Below are positions 27,508-37,872 of a stretch of 64,000 nt of DNA, one piece after another. How positions within the stretch are numbered: position 1 is the first letter of the stretch; each line of letters begins with the position of its first letter. Origin of the DNA: an uncultured Desulfatitalea sp. (GTDB lineage: Bacteria; Desulfobacterota; Desulfobacteria; Desulfobacterales; Desulfosarcinaceae); assembly GCA_963668675.2 (NCBI GenBank), contig CAXXMB010000002.1, forward strand, positions 1,664,001 to 1,728,000, given 5' to 3'. A program made the translations under genes and the position numbers. Under the pieces are notes generated by a model. The model searched no databases. It was not told the DNA's origin and worked only from the letters and a program-made list of their open reading frames with translations.

Positions 27508-28839
27508 ATGTTTGACAGCCTGAGCGATAAACTCGATGGCGTCTTCAAACGGCTCAAGGGACACGGCACACTCACGGAAAAAAACATTTCCGATGGGTTG
27601 CGCGAAGTTCGTATGGCCCTGCTGGAGGCGGACGTCCATTTCAAGGTGGTCAAACAGTTCATCGCCGACATCAAGGAGCGCTCCCTGGGCCAGGAGGTGA
27701 TGAGCAGCCTGACGCCGGGTCAGCAGGTGATCAAGATCGTCAATGACGAACTGACCCGCCTCATGGGCGGCGCCCATGAGAAGCTCAACCTCTCAGGCAC
27801 CCATCCAGTACCAGTTATGATGGTGGGGCTGCAGGGTTCAGGCAAGACCACCACCACCGGCAAGCTGGCGGTCATGCTGCGTAAAGAGGGCCGCAAGCCG
27901 TACCTGGTGCCGGCCGATGTCTATCGTCCGGCAGCCATCGATCAGTTGCGCAAACTCGGCGAACAGCTCGATGTGCCCACATTCGAATCGAGTGTGGAGA
28001 TGAGCCCGGTCGAAATCTGCCAGCAGGCGCGGGTGGAGGCCCAAAAAAGCGGGTGCGACACCGTCCTGATCGATACCGCCGGTCGGCTGCACGTCGACGA
28101 GGCGTTGATGGACGAGTTGAAGGCGATCAGAAAGGCCGTTCAACCGTCCGATATTCTTTTAATTGCCGATGCCATGACCGGTCAGGACGCGGTCAATATG
28201 GCCAAGGCCTTCGACGAGGCCATGGGCATCGGCGGTGTGGTATTGACCAAAATGGATGGCGATGCCCGAGGCGGGGCGGCCCTCTCCATCCGGTCGATTA
28301 CCGGCAAACCGGTGAAATTCATCGGTGTCGGCGAAAAACTAAGCGACCTCGAGGCGTTCCATCCGGACCGGATGGCCTCGCGCATTCTCGGCATGGGCGA
28401 TATGCTGACCATGATCGAGAAGGCCCAGGAGGTGGTCGACGCCAAACAGGCCGCCGATTTCGAAAAGAAGCTGCGCAAGAACCAGTTTACCCTGGACGAC
28501 TTCAAGGCCCAACTGCTCCAAGTGCGCAAGATGGGATCCTTGAGCGATATTCTGGGCATGATCCCGGGCATGGGTAAAGTGAAGCAGTTGAAAAATATGG
28601 AGGTGGACGATTCGGAGCTGGTGCGCATCGAGGCGATCATCAATTCGATGACGCCCCAGGAGCGCCGCCAATACAATATCATCAACGGCAGTCGCCGGCG
28701 GCGTATCGCCAATGGCAGCGGCACCACCGTTCAGGACGTCAACCGGTTGTTGAAAAATTACGCCCAAGTGATGAAAATGATGAAAAAGATCGGTAAAGGC
28801 GGCATGCGCGGTCTGGGGCGCGGGATGCTACCCTTTTAA
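27508..28839 (+). CDS. ffh: Signal recognition particle protein
   Basis: MFDSLSDKL start, GLQGSGKTT, DTAGR, TKMDGDARGGAALS, M-domain SR..RIA.GSG. Confidence 0.98.
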   Translation: MFDSLSDKLDGVFKRLKGHGTLTEKNISDGLREVRMALLEADVHFKVVKQFIADIKERSLGQEVMSSLTPGQQVIKIVNDELTRLMGGAHEKLNLSGTHPVPVMMVGLQGSGKTTTTGKLAVMLRKEGRKPYLVPADVYRPAAIDQLRKLGEQLDVPTFESSVEMSPVEICQQARVEAQKSGCDTVLIDTAGRLHVDEALMDELKAIRKAVQPSDILLIADAMTGQDAVNMAKAFDEAMGIGGVVLTKMDGDARGGAALSIRSITGKPVKFIGVGEKLSDLEAFHPDRMASRILGMGDMLTMIEKAQEVVDAKQAADFEKKLRKNQFTLDDFKAQLLQVRKMGSLSDILGMIPGMGKVKQLKNMEVDDSELVRIEAIINSMTPQERRQYNIINGSRRRRIANGSGTTVQDVNRLLKNYAQVMKMMKKIGKGGMRGLGRGMLPF

Positions 28840-28860
28840 AATCTAAAGGAGAAAAAGTGA

Positions 28861-29118
28861 ATGGCAGTAAAAATCAGATTAGCCAGACATGGCGCTAAAA
28901 AAAGACCGTTCTACCGCATTGTGGTAGCGGACAGTGAAAGCCCACGCGACGGTCGATTCCTTGAAAACGTGGGTACTTACAATCCGCTGCAGGATCCAGC
29001 TCAAGTGACATTGAAAACTGATCGGGTTCACTATTGGTTGCAACAGGGTGCAACGCCTACGGATACCGTCAGGAGCCTCTTGAAAAAAGAGGGTCTCTTT
29101 TCCCCACCGGTCCAGTAG
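28861..29118 (+). CDS. rpsP: 30S ribosomal protein S16
   Basis: [27 protein letters not shown]. Confidence 0.98.
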   Translation: MAVKIRLARHGAKKRPFYRIVVADSESPRDGRFLENVGTYNPLQDPAQVTLKTDRVHYWLQQGATPTDTVRSLLKKEGLFSPPVQ

Positions 29119-29166
29119 GATTAACACGACTGTCACAGCAATCGCCGATCCAGAGGGAGGGGTGCT

Positions 29167-29397
29167 ATGAAAGACCTGATCAAGTATATCGCGCAGGCGC
29201 TGGTGGACCATCCGGAACAGGTAGAAGTCACTGAAATCGAGGGCAACCAGACATCGGTACTGGAACTCAAAGTGGCCAAAGACGATTTGGGTAAAGTGAT
29301 CGGCAAGCAGGGGCGCACTGCGCGAGCCATGCGAACCTTGCTCAGCGCAGCCTCGGCGAAAATCCGAAAACGCACGGTCCTTGAAATCATTGAGTAG
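29167..29397 (+). CDS. khpA: KH-domain RNA-binding protein
   Basis: [18 protein letters not shown]; lies between rpsP and rimM. Confidence 0.93.
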   Translation: MKDLIKYIAQALVDHPEQVEVTEIEGNQTSVLELKVAKDDLGKVIGKQGRTARAMRTLLSAASAKIRKRTVLEIIE

Positions 29398-29926
29398 CAC
29401 CGCTGTACCCGACGATCTCATTCAGATCGGAAAAATCACCGGTGCACATGGTATTCGCGGTTCCGTCAAGGTCTACTCATACGCGGAATCGCCGGACCGT
29501 TTTGCCGTTGGCAGCACGATCGTGCTCATCGATCCAAAGGGCGCGACAAGGCACTGCGTGATTACATGGGCGCAGGCGTACAAACAGACCATCCGGCTGA
29601 CGCTGGAGGGTGTGGAAACACGCGACGAAGCGGAGTCCCTAAGCGGATGGGGTGTCTTTTTTTCCAAAAAGGAGCTGCCGCCGCTGGAACCGGACACCTA
29701 CTACTGGAGTGATCTGATCGGCATGGAGGTGGTCACCGTTGCCGGTGAACATCTGGGACGGATCGTCCAGATCATTCCCACGGGCGCCAATGACGTCTAT
29801 GTGGTCAAAACGCCTCCGGATCACCCTGCCGGCGAGATATTGATTCCAGCCATTTCGTCGGTGGTGTTGGAGATCGATATCCAAAAGGGATGCATGCGGG
29901 TGGCGTTGCCGGAAGGGTTGCTTTAG
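29390..29926 (+). CDS. rimM: Ribosome maturation factor RimM
   Basis: [34 protein letters not shown] start uncertain (29381 or 29390). Confidence 0.93.
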   Translation: MSSTAVPDDLIQIGKITGAHGIRGSVKVYSYAESPDRFAVGSTIVLIDPKGATRHCVITWAQAYKQTIRLTLEGVETRDEAESLSGWGVFFSKKELPPLEPDTYYWSDLIGMEVVTVAGEHLGRIVQIIPTGANDVYVVKTPPDHPAGEILIPAISSVVLEIDIQKGCMRVALPEGLL

Positions 29927-29941
29927 CAGCAGGCCATTGCC

Positions 29942-30730
29942 ATGAAATTTGTCGTTCTCACTATCTTTCCAGAGCTCATGGACGCGTTCTGGGCAAACGG
30001 CATCATGCGCAGGGCGATCCAAAGCGAAGCGATCAGCGCCGAGGCGATTAACATACGCGACCATGCGGCCGGCCGCCATCGGGTGACCGACGACCGACCT
30101 TATGGCGGCGGATGCGGCATGGTCATGAAGCCTGAACCTCTGGCCGAAGCTGCGCGCAGGGCCAAACAGAGGGCACCGGAAGCCGCCACGATCCTGCTGT
30201 CGCCCCAGGGCAAGCGTTTCGACCAGGCGTTGGCCCGGCAATTGGCCGAATTACCGGGGATGATACTGGTCTGCGGCCGCTATGAAGGCGTGGACGAGCG
30301 CTTTAGCGAGCAGTTCGTCGATATGGAAATTTCCATCGGCGATTATGTGATGACCGGCGGAGAAGTGGCGGCCATGGCCGTCATGGATGCTGTTACACGG
30401 CTGCGGCCGGGCGTACTGGGCAATGAGGTTTCGGCCGAACAGGATTCGTTCGAGGGCCATCTGCTCGACAACGTCCACTACACGCGGCCACCGGAATTCG
30501 AAGGGCGTCAGGTGCCCGAAGTCCTGCTCTCGGGACACCACGATCAGATCGCCCGATGGCGATGCGCCGACGCGTTGCTGCGCACGCTGGCAAGGCGGCC
30601 GGACCTGCTGCGCGAGGGCAGCTTGAGTGATGAGGAGATGGCGCTGCTGAGCGCATGGCATCGTGAGATCGAAGGCATCATACGCGAGCAAAGTGGCGGT
30701 AGCCCTGATTCATCACCCGGTGGTGGATAA
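29942..30730 (+). CDS. trmD: tRNA (guanine37-N1)-methyltransferase
   Basis: DDRPYGGG.GMVMK, LSPQG, CGRYEGVDER, SIGDYV.TGGE, YTRP, VP.VLLSGHH. Confidence 0.97.
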   Translation: MKFVVLTIFPELMDAFWANGIMRRAIQSEAISAEAINIRDHAAGRHRVTDDRPYGGGCGMVMKPEPLAEAARRAKQRAPEAATILLSPQGKRFDQALARQLAELPGMILVCGRYEGVDERFSEQFVDMEISIGDYVMTGGEVAAMAVMDAVTRLRPGVLGNEVSAEQDSFEGHLLDNVHYTRPPEFEGRQVPEVLLSGHHDQIARWRCADALLRTLARRPDLLREGSLSDEEMALLSAWHREIEGIIREQSGGSPDSSPGGG

Positions 30731-31235
30731 AAACGGGAAGACCATTGCGGCCGCCGTCACGGCCCTGGATCTGCACGATATCGCACGGGCCGCCAAGACA
30801 TACGGGATCGGCGCCTTCTTCGTGGTCACCCCGTTGCAGGACCAGCAGGTGTTGGTGGAACAAATCATCGATCACTGGGTCACCGGCGCCGGAGCGAAGT
30901 ACAACCCGGACCGCCGGGCTGCACTGGCTCTGATTCGGCTCAAGCCGTCGCTCGATGCGGTGGTGGCGGATATGACGGCGCAGTTCGGTACAACGCCGAG
31001 CCTGATCACCACCAGTGCGAGAAAGGCGGAGAACAACCTGACCTTCGACGGCCTGAGGGAGGCCGCTGGGGATCTTCGACCGACCCTGCTGCTTTTCGGT
31101 ACGGCCTGGGGGCTGGCCCCGGAGGTGTTGGACCGGGCCGATTTCAGGCTCGACCCTATTGAGGGTGGCGGCGAATATAACCACCTCTCTGTGAGGTCCG
31201 CCGTGTCGATTGTTCTGGATCGGATGTTTCGGTAG
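30663..31235 (+). CDS. SPOUT-family RNA methyltransferase (DUF2168-like)
   Basis: ALIHHPV, DLHDIAR...TYG, YNPDR, LLLFGTAWGL, YNHLSVRSA; start uncertain (GTG 30663 or 30693). Confidence 0.88.
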   Translation: MRSKASYASKVAVALIHHPVVDKNGKTIAAAVTALDLHDIARAAKTYGIGAFFVVTPLQDQQVLVEQIIDHWVTGAGAKYNPDRRAALALIRLKPSLDAVVADMTAQFGTTPSLITTSARKAENNLTFDGLREAAGDLRPTLLLFGTAWGLAPEVLDRADFRLDPIEGGGEYNHLSVRSAVSIVLDRMFR

Positions 31236-31259
31236 GATACATTCGGCCGTTGAGGCATT

Positions 31260-31387
31260 GTATTAAACCAGAACTGATGCCACCGTCATTCAGACGAAAG
31301 CCGGAATCCAGTTTTCCCATAAAAATCTGGATGCCGGATCAAGTCCGGCATGACACATTAAACACTTTTTGCACGTAGGTTTAATAC
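31260..31387. repeat. MITE-like palindromic element
   Basis: 10-bp terminal inverted repeats gtattaaacc/ggtttaatac enclosing gtcatt...ccggaatccag...ctggatgccggatcaagtccggcatgac. Confidence 0.65.
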
Positions 31388-31433
31388 CGATATTCAAATT
31401 CAACAAAAATAACATGATGGGAGATTAAAGGTC

Positions 31434-31781
31434 ATGCAAGTCATCAAGCAGTTGGAAAGAGAACAGATGCGTATGGATATGCCTGATTTTCTGCCGGGCG
31501 ATACGGTGCGCGTACATGTAAAAATCAAAGAGGGCGACAAAGAGCGTATCCAGATGTTCCAGGGAGTGGTCATCTCCAAACGCAAAGGCGGCATCAATGC
31601 CACCTTTACCGTACGCAAAGTCTCTTACGGGGTAGGTGTGGAGCGCGTTTTCCCCATCAATTCGCCCATTCTGGACCGGGTGGAAATCGTCACCCGCGGC
31701 CGTGTGCGGCGCGCTAAGATCTACTACCTGCGCAAACTGCGCGGCAAGGCGGCCCGCATCCGTGAAAAGCGCATGAGATAG
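31434..31781 (+). CDS. rplS: 50S ribosomal protein L19
   Basis: [37 protein letters not shown]. Confidence 0.98.
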   Translation: MQVIKQLEREQMRMDMPDFLPGDTVRVHVKIKEGDKERIQMFQGVVISKRKGGINATFTVRKVSYGVGVERVFPINSPILDRVEIVTRGRVRRAKIYYLRKLRGKAARIREKRMR

Positions 31782-31800
31782 GGATGCCAAAGCGGAAACA

Positions 31801-32454
31801 ATGACATCAGACCTTTGGGTATTCGAACAGGCGCAGCGCATTAAGGGCTATACCAAGATCGCCGGCGTGGACGAAGCCGGCCGAGGTCCGCTGGCCGGTC
31901 CTGTGGTTTCGGCGGCAGTGATCCTGCCGCCGACCTTCGATGCCCCTGTCAACGACTCCAAACAGCTGACGCCCCGGCAGCGCGAACGGCTTTATGAGCT
32001 GATCTATGCCGAAGCCGACGCAGTGGGTGTCGGCATCGTCGATGCCGCCGACATCGACCAGATCAACATCCTGCAGGCCTCACGCCTCTCCATGGCCATG
32101 GCCGTCTCCAAACTCGATCCTTCACCCGACTTCCTGCTCATCGACGGCCGGCACGACATCCCGGCCGAACAGCCCCAGGCTGCCATTGTTAAGGGAGATG
32201 CCCGCAGCATCTCCATCGCCGCAGCCTCAATCGTGGCCAAGGTGAGCCGGGACCGGATCATGTGCCACTATCACGATCAGTTTCCCCAATTCGGTTTCGA
32301 CCGTCATAAGGGCTACCCGACCAAAGCCCACCGGGAAGCCATTGCCTTGCACGGTCCCTGCAGCATCCACCGGCGCACCTTCAGGGGCGTAAAAGAGCAT
32401 CTGCCGCCCGCCTCTCCCGACCATCAACCGGATGGCCCGAACAATGGTCAATGA
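31801..32454 (+). CDS. rnhB: Ribonuclease HII
   Basis: GVDEAGRGPLAGPV, DSK, DG, KGDA.S.SIAAASI.AKV.RD, HKGYPT. Confidence 0.96.
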   Translation: MTSDLWVFEQAQRIKGYTKIAGVDEAGRGPLAGPVVSAAVILPPTFDAPVNDSKQLTPRQRERLYELIYAEADAVGVGIVDAADIDQINILQASRLSMAMAVSKLDPSPDFLLIDGRHDIPAEQPQAAIVKGDARSISIAAASIVAKVSRDRIMCHYHDQFPQFGFDRHKGYPTKAHREAIALHGPCSIHRRTFRGVKEHLPPASPDHQPDGPNNGQ

Positions 32455-32815
32455 ACGCCAGCGATTCGGCCAGGAGAGTGAGCAGATGGTCGCTGCCTTT
32501 CTCAAACGCAACGGCTACCGTATTCTCGAACGCAACTATCGCACCCAGCTTGGCGAAATTGACATCATTGCCAAGCACAAAGGCGCCCTGGTCTTTGTCG
32601 AGGTCAAGGCGCGCCGCTCAGGCAGCTATGGCAACCCCAAACGGGCCATTACGCCGGCCAAGCAGCGCAAACTCTCCATGGCGGCCCTGGTCTATCTCAA
32701 GGCCAACAGCGCCATGGACCAGCGCGCCCGTTTTGACGTGGTGACCGTGCAGCGCATCGCCGGCTGCCCCAAAATCGAGGTGATCCGCAATGCCTTCGAC
32801 CTTGCTTACGGATAG
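32432..32815 (+). CDS. yraN: YraN/UPF0102 family protein
   Basis: GY.ILERNYR...GEIDII, VFVEVK.R, RFDV; start may be 32444. Confidence 0.9.
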   Translation: MARTMVNERQRFGQESEQMVAAFLKRNGYRILERNYRTQLGEIDIIAKHKGALVFVEVKARRSGSYGNPKRAITPAKQRKLSMAALVYLKANSAMDQRARFDVVTVQRIAGCPKIEVIRNAFDLAYG

Positions 32816-33665
32816 AGAGATCGCACCCGGCCTCTATGTGGTGACCACGCCCATCGGCCACATGGCGGATATCACCCTGCGCGCCTTGGAGGTGCTGGCC
32901 GCCGTCGATCTGATTGCCGCCGAAGACACCCGCCACACGCGCCGCCTGCTGACCCACCACAATATCACCAATGAGCTGATCTCCTACCACGAACACAACG
33001 AAATCCAGCGCACCGAGATATTGATCCGGAAGCTCGCACAGGGTGCAGCCATCGCACTGGTCTCGGATGCCGGAACCCCCACGGTGTCCGATCCGGGCTA
33101 CCGCCTTGTAAGGGCGGCCACCGAGCAGCAGATCGCGGTCATCCCCGTCCCCGGTGTGTCGGCCGCCATGGCGGCGCTCTCCGTCTCCGGGCTGCCCACC
33201 GATCAGTTCACCTTCGTTGGCTTTCCGGTGCGCAAGAAAAACAAACGGGCCGCCCAGTTGGCCGACCTGGCACACCTGCCCCACACGCTGATCTTCTATC
33301 AATCGCCCCAGCGGTTGATCCGGTTCATGCATGAGCTGAAAGAGGCGTTGGGCGACCGTCACTCCATGCTGGCGAGGGAGATGACCAAACTGCACGAAGA
33401 GTTTATCCGCGGCAGCCTATCCGAGATCATCCGGGCCCTCGACCAGCGAGATGCCGTCAAGGGGGAGTGCACCCTGCTGGTGGCCGGTGCCCCTTCGGCC
33501 GAGCAGCATGGGGAGGAGGAGATCGATGCCGCCATCCGAACCGCCGTGGCGTCCGCTGAGCACTCCTTGAGCGATATCGCCAGGGAGCTGGCCTCTCGAT
33601 TCAACGTGGGCAAAAAGCGTATATACGACAAAGCCCTGCGCTACCGCCAACAGATGCCGAAGTGA
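32790..33665 (+). CDS. rsmI: 16S rRNA C1402 2'-O-methyltransferase
   Basis: LYVV.TPIG, AEDTR, VSDAGTP.VSDPG, PG.SA, REMTK.HEE. Confidence 0.95.
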   Translation: MPSTLLTDREIAPGLYVVTTPIGHMADITLRALEVLAAVDLIAAEDTRHTRRLLTHHNITNELISYHEHNEIQRTEILIRKLAQGAAIALVSDAGTPTVSDPGYRLVRAATEQQIAVIPVPGVSAAMAALSVSGLPTDQFTFVGFPVRKKNKRAAQLADLAHLPHTLIFYQSPQRLIRFMHELKEALGDRHSMLAREMTKLHEEFIRGSLSEIIRALDQRDAVKGECTLLVAGAPSAEQHGEEEIDAAIRTAVASAEHSLSDIARELASRFNVGKKRIYDKALRYRQQMPK

Positions 33666-33672
33666 TCACCTA

Positions 33673-34254
33673 ATGAGCCATCAATTGACCCTGCACCCTG
33701 TTATCCTTGCCGTACCGGCCGCCGAACAGCAGCTCAAGGGCCGGCCGAAGGTCGAAGCGTTGCGCTGTGCTGCCCGTAAGGCCCTTGCCCTTTCGGCCCA
33801 ATACAGCGACCTCTCCCTGGGCCCGCTGGAGAAGGATGAGAGCGGTGCACCACTGCCGAGCAACGGCATCCACTGGTCCCTGACCCACAAGAGCGCCTTT
33901 GTGGCAGCCGTCTGTTCGCCCCATCCGGTGGGCATCGATATCGAACGGCTGCGCTCGGTGAGCCGGGGGCTGGAAGAGCGGCTGGCAAGCCCGGCCGAGT
34001 GGGATCTTGCGCCCACCGTCGACCGCCCCCTCTTCTTCCGCTTCTGGACCGCCAAAGAGGCGGTGCTCAAAGCGGTGGGCACGGGGCTGACCGGCCTCTC
34101 CCGCTGCCGGATCCAACGCATCGTGGACGACGACCATCTTTTGCTCACCTACGAGGAGCGGCCCTGGCGGGTCACCCACCATCGCATTGGACAAGAGCAT
34201 TTGGTTACGATAACCTCGGACCGAGTCAACTTGGTCTGGCACGATCAGCCATAG
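33673..34254 (+). CDS. Sfp-type 4'-phosphopantetheinyl transferase
   Basis: WSLTH, VGIDIE, FF..WT.KEA..KA.G.GL. Confidence 0.88.
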   Translation: MSHQLTLHPVILAVPAAEQQLKGRPKVEALRCAARKALALSAQYSDLSLGPLEKDESGAPLPSNGIHWSLTHKSAFVAAVCSPHPVGIDIERLRSVSRGLEERLASPAEWDLAPTVDRPLFFRFWTAKEAVLKAVGTGLTGLSRCRIQRIVDDDHLLLTYEERPWRVTHHRIGQEHLVTITSDRVNLVWHDQP

Positions 34255-34318
34255 AAAAAACCACCCATGTTGCCATTGAAGCAGCACCCGACCTGCATAG
34301 CAGAGAAAGGATGAGGAG

Positions 34319-35893
34319 ATGCACATCACATTCCACGGCGCCGTAAGAGAAGTGACCGGATCCATGCACCTGATCGGAACGGGGAGAGACTATGTTCTAC
34401 TCGATTGCGGCCTTCACCAGGGCCGGCGCAAAGAGGCCGAGGAGAAAAACCGGGTATTACCCTTCCAGGCATCCATGATCCACAACGTGGTGCTCTCCCA
34501 TGCCCATATCGACCATTCGGGGCGCATCCCGCTGCTGGTCAAAAAGGGATTTACCGGCCGAGTGGTGTGTACCCGTGCCACGGCCGACGCCTGCGCCTAT
34601 CTGCTGCCCGACTCGGCCCACATCCAGGAGCAGGATGCCGAGTACCTCAATTACAAAACGGTGCGTGCAGCCCTCTCCCACGGGCCGAGTTTCAACGGAA
34701 AGCCGATCGGCAAACGCAAGTACAAAGAGCTGAAACAGATGCTCAAAAAGGGCGGACACCGCATCGACACCGATGCCATTGCCCAGATCATGGCTCGCTA
34801 TCGCCTCAAAAGTGTCGAGCCCCTCTACTCGGCAGAGGATGCCGAACAGGCTCTGAGTCAGTTCGACGGTGTGCCCTACCACAGCACCAGCACCATCGGG
34901 CAAGACCTCACCTGCACCTTTTACGAAGCCGGCCATATCCTGGGATCGGCCATCAGCATCATCCATCACCACCAAAACGGTAATTTGAAGACGGTGGCCT
35001 ATACCGGCGATATAGGTCGTTTCGAAAAGCCAATCCTGCGCGATCCCTGCTTTCAATTTGACGAGCAGGATCGAAACATCGATCTGCTCATGATCGAAAG
35101 CACTTACGGCGACCGCGACCACGAACCGGTGGTCGACCTGAAGCCCAGGCTTCAAAAGGCGCTCAACGACACCTTCGACCGCGGCGGCTGCGTTCTCATC
35201 CCCTCGTTTGCCTACGGCCGCACCCAGGAGCTCCTCTACGTGATCCACGAGCTCTACGCCGAAGGCGCCGTCAAACCCAGACCCGTCTATGTCGACAGCC
35301 CTCTGGCAACCAACATCACCAAGGTCTTCGGCGAGCACCCCGAAGTCTACGACAAGGACACCCACGAAACCTTCCTGAACAACGGGAAAAACCCCTTCGA
35401 CTTCAAACAGGTCCACTTCACCCAGTCGGTCGAAGAGTCCATGGCCCTCATGCGCGACAACACCTCCCACATCGTCATCTCCGCATCGGGCATGTGTGAG
35501 GCCGGGCGCATCCTGCACCATCTGCGCTATAAAATTCACAACCCGAAAAACACCATCCTCATCGTCGGTTTCATGGCCCAGCACACTCTCGGCCGGCGCA
35601 TCCACGAACTGGGCGAAGCCTACGCCGCAAGCGGACGCAGCGGAGACGCTCCCATCGTTAAAATCCTCAACAAAGAGTATCCGCTCAAAGCCCACGTTGA
35701 GAAGATAGGCGGTTTTTCGGCCCACGCCGACCGCAACGAACTGCTGCGCTTCCTCAAATCCTCCAACCTGAATGTGAAGAAAGTCGCAGTGGTCCACGGA
35801 GAAGAAGACCAGAGCACCGCCTTCGCCGAACTGCTCAGAAACAACGGTTTCGATGCCCAGGTGCCCATGATGGGACAGACGTTTGAAATATAG
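34319..35893 (+). CDS. MBL-fold beta-CASP ribonuclease
   Basis: VTGS, DCG, SHAHIDHSG, AGHILGS, ESTYG, SGMC..GR, FSAHAD, VHGE. Confidence 0.92.
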   Translation: MHITFHGAVREVTGSMHLIGTGRDYVLLDCGLHQGRRKEAEEKNRVLPFQASMIHNVVLSHAHIDHSGRIPLLVKKGFTGRVVCTRATADACAYLLPDSAHIQEQDAEYLNYKTVRAALSHGPSFNGKPIGKRKYKELKQMLKKGGHRIDTDAIAQIMARYRLKSVEPLYSAEDAEQALSQFDGVPYHSTSTIGQDLTCTFYEAGHILGSAISIIHHHQNGNLKTVAYTGDIGRFEKPILRDPCFQFDEQDRNIDLLMIESTYGDRDHEPVVDLKPRLQKALNDTFDRGGCVLIPSFAYGRTQELLYVIHELYAEGAVKPRPVYVDSPLATNITKVFGEHPEVYDKDTHETFLNNGKNPFDFKQVHFTQSVEESMALMRDNTSHIVISASGMCEAGRILHHLRYKIHNPKNTILIVGFMAQHTLGRRIHELGEAYAASGRSGDAPIVKILNKEYPLKAHVEKIGGFSAHADRNELLRFLKSSNLNVKKVAVVHGEEDQSTAFAELLRNNGFDAQVPMMGQTFEI

Positions 35894-35979
35894 GAAAAAG
35901 TCTAGCGTGGAGGGATTCTACCAAAACATGGCTCCTCCCTTTGACAAGGGGGGATTGGCCACCGCAAGCAACGTCAGGA

Positions 35980-37608
35980 TTACTCCGGGTAGGATCGGTT
36001 GAGCCATGCCACGCGGATGGGGTGCCTCTCTTCGAAGCGCCGGGTCTGGTCCCGGTGGTAGTGAAAACGCTCTTTGTAGTGACTGCGCCTGGGGTCCAGG
36101 CGGGACGCCTCCTGATAGCGGCCCGCGTAGGCGTAGGTGAGATAAAAGTGTGCATAGCAGTTGCCCGGATCGATCTGCAGGGCGGCCTCCAGGTCCGCCA
36201 CGGCCTTGTCATACGCCTTTTTGCGGTAGTGAATGTAACCCCTGAAGTTGTAGCCGAACAGCTCCTGCGGCGCCAGCTCGACATAGCTGTCGAGCGCCCG
36301 CAGGGCCGTGTCGTATTGATAGTAAGCGTTGACAAAGGCGATGGCGAGGTATTTGTTCGGCCGCGCATCGCCGGGCAATCGCTGAACTACCGGCTTTAGC
36401 AGAGCGATCGCTTTGCGGCTCATGGATACCAGTGTATAAAGACGCCCCAGTTCAAGTGCAGCTTCCACATTTTGCTTCTTCTCTCGGTGCAGCTGCTCGT
36501 AGGCGAGAATCTGTCCGGCCAGCTCGGCATCCCACCCGATGGTATATAGGTCATCACCCGTCAACGGTATGTCCTGGCCGTTGAAGTGGAAACTGTCCAT
36601 CAACAGGCCCATGTAGGGGTGTTCGGAGAACTCGATCCCCCAGTGGGGTGCCGTTCCCATGCGAACGAAACGCCGCTGGTGGACGATATCGAACTGCCAC
36701 CCCTCTTGGGTCCGGCAAAAGAAGAAGGGGCTGTTGTCCCACCCGCTCTTCTTTCCGAAGTAGATCACCGCATAATCGCCATCCTGCCTCACCTCGTAAG
36801 GACGGCTGGCGTAACGCCGGTAGTCCTCTTCGAAGCGAACGTCAGGCAGTTGGGTGTAGTCACGGTAAGTGAGGCGGGTCACGGCGGTGTAAACGCCCAG
36901 ATTGGGATCACGTGCCTTCTTCTTCCAGTGACGGATCAGGGTCTGCCAGGCCTGCTCCGGGGTATCGCCCGCCGGATAGCTCGTGTTGACCGCATCGGAG
37001 ACAAGGCCGCGGGTCTCCTGCGTTTCAAGCACATGGCGGGCACCGCCACCCTGGGAGAGGTAACGGGCATCCAGCTGCGCAACCGAGGCGCGGCTGTAGC
37101 GCCCCTTATACTTGAGCTGCGATCGGGCCTCGATTTCTTCGAGCATTGCGATCATCCCGATCTCCAGCCGGTTGGCTGCAAAATTGGGCTGCAACTGCAC
37201 ATCTTCGATGTGACCGGTAAAAAGATCGGTGAAGACATCTTCCAGCTCGAAACCCACCTCTATTTTGACCGATTTGACATCATCGACCAGGAGCATCAGC
37301 AGGCCGCGCCCCTCCATCCGCTTGCCGATCTCCCAGTTAGAGAAAAGATCGACAGCCGTCCCGGCGAGGGAACGGGTTTCACCAAGGGTGGGCAGGAGCA
37401 CCACCAGGATTTCGATCTTGTACCTCTCCCGAATCTGTTTCAGATGGGCCTCGACCGATGGCTGCACATCGCCCATCAGCCCGGTGTAGTCAAACACCAT
37501 CTGGTCCGCGGCGGGCCGGGTGCTGATCGTACGGCCCACATCGAATTTGCGCTCTTCGGCGCACCCTGTCAGAAACATCAGGATGATCATCAACGAAACG
37601 TATCGCAT
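35980..37608 (-). CDS. TPM-domain plus TPR lipoprotein
   Basis: Lipobox LTGC, TPM motif (W.IG..G.L.L..IEVG..LE..FTD), C-terminal TPR repeats. Confidence 0.75.
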   Translation of the reverse strand: MRYVSLMIILMFLTGCAEERKFDVGRTISTRPAADQMVFDYTGLMGDVQPSVEAHLKQIRERYKIEILVVLLPTLGETRSLAGTAVDLFSNWEIGKRMEGRGLLMLLVDDVKSVKIEVGFELEDVFTDLFTGHIEDVQLQPNFAANRLEIGMIAMLEEIEARSQLKYKGRYSRASVAQLDARYLSQGGGARHVLETQETRGLVSDAVNTSYPAGDTPEQAWQTLIRHWKKKARDPNLGVYTAVTRLTYRDYTQLPDVRFEEDYRRYASRPYEVRQDGDYAVIYFGKKSGWDNSPFFFCRTQEGWQFDIVHQRRFVRMGTAPHWGIEFSEHPYMGLLMDSFHFNGQDIPLTGDDLYTIGWDAELAGQILAYEQLHREKKQNVEAALELGRLYTLVSMSRKAIALLKPVVQRLPGDARPNKYLAIAFVNAYYQYDTALRALDSYVELAPQELFGYNFRGYIHYRKKAYDKAVADLEAALQIDPGNCYAHFYLTYAYAGRYQEASRLDPRRSHYKERFHYHRDQTRRFEERHPIRVAWLNRSYPE

Positions 37609-37637
37609 GGGTCTCTTTCACCGGCTGCAGTTGCACT

Positions 37638-37823
37638 TCAGGGCATGCACGTTTTCGCGTCCCGGGCGCGCTCCTTGTCCAGAAAGTGAATCATGCACGA
37701 GGGCCGGAACTTGCAAAAAAGCTCAGGGTCCCTGCAGTGGGCACAGGTCGCGCACATCCTGACCTGGTGCTTCTCACACGTGTATACGATATCCGAACAG
37801 TTCTGATCATCACATTGGGTCAT
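37638..37823 (-). CDS. Small cysteine-rich protein
   Basis: 61 aa with C..C, C.KH, C..C..C.DP...CK.R..C.I; purine-rich RBS; fills the gap between co-oriented genes. Confidence 0.7.
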   Translation of the reverse strand: MTQCDDQNCSDIVYTCEKHQVRMCATCAHCRDPELFCKFRPSCMIHFLDKERARDAKTCMP

Positions 37824-37872
37824 CTGTTTCGCCTCGGTTCGAACGCTGGTGCTTTGATAACTTGCCCACAAT

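Noticed and set aside
33673..34254. PPTase as a marker of an NRPS/PKS cluster
   Set aside because: No carrier-protein or synthase genes nearby; it sits at the end of a housekeeping operon
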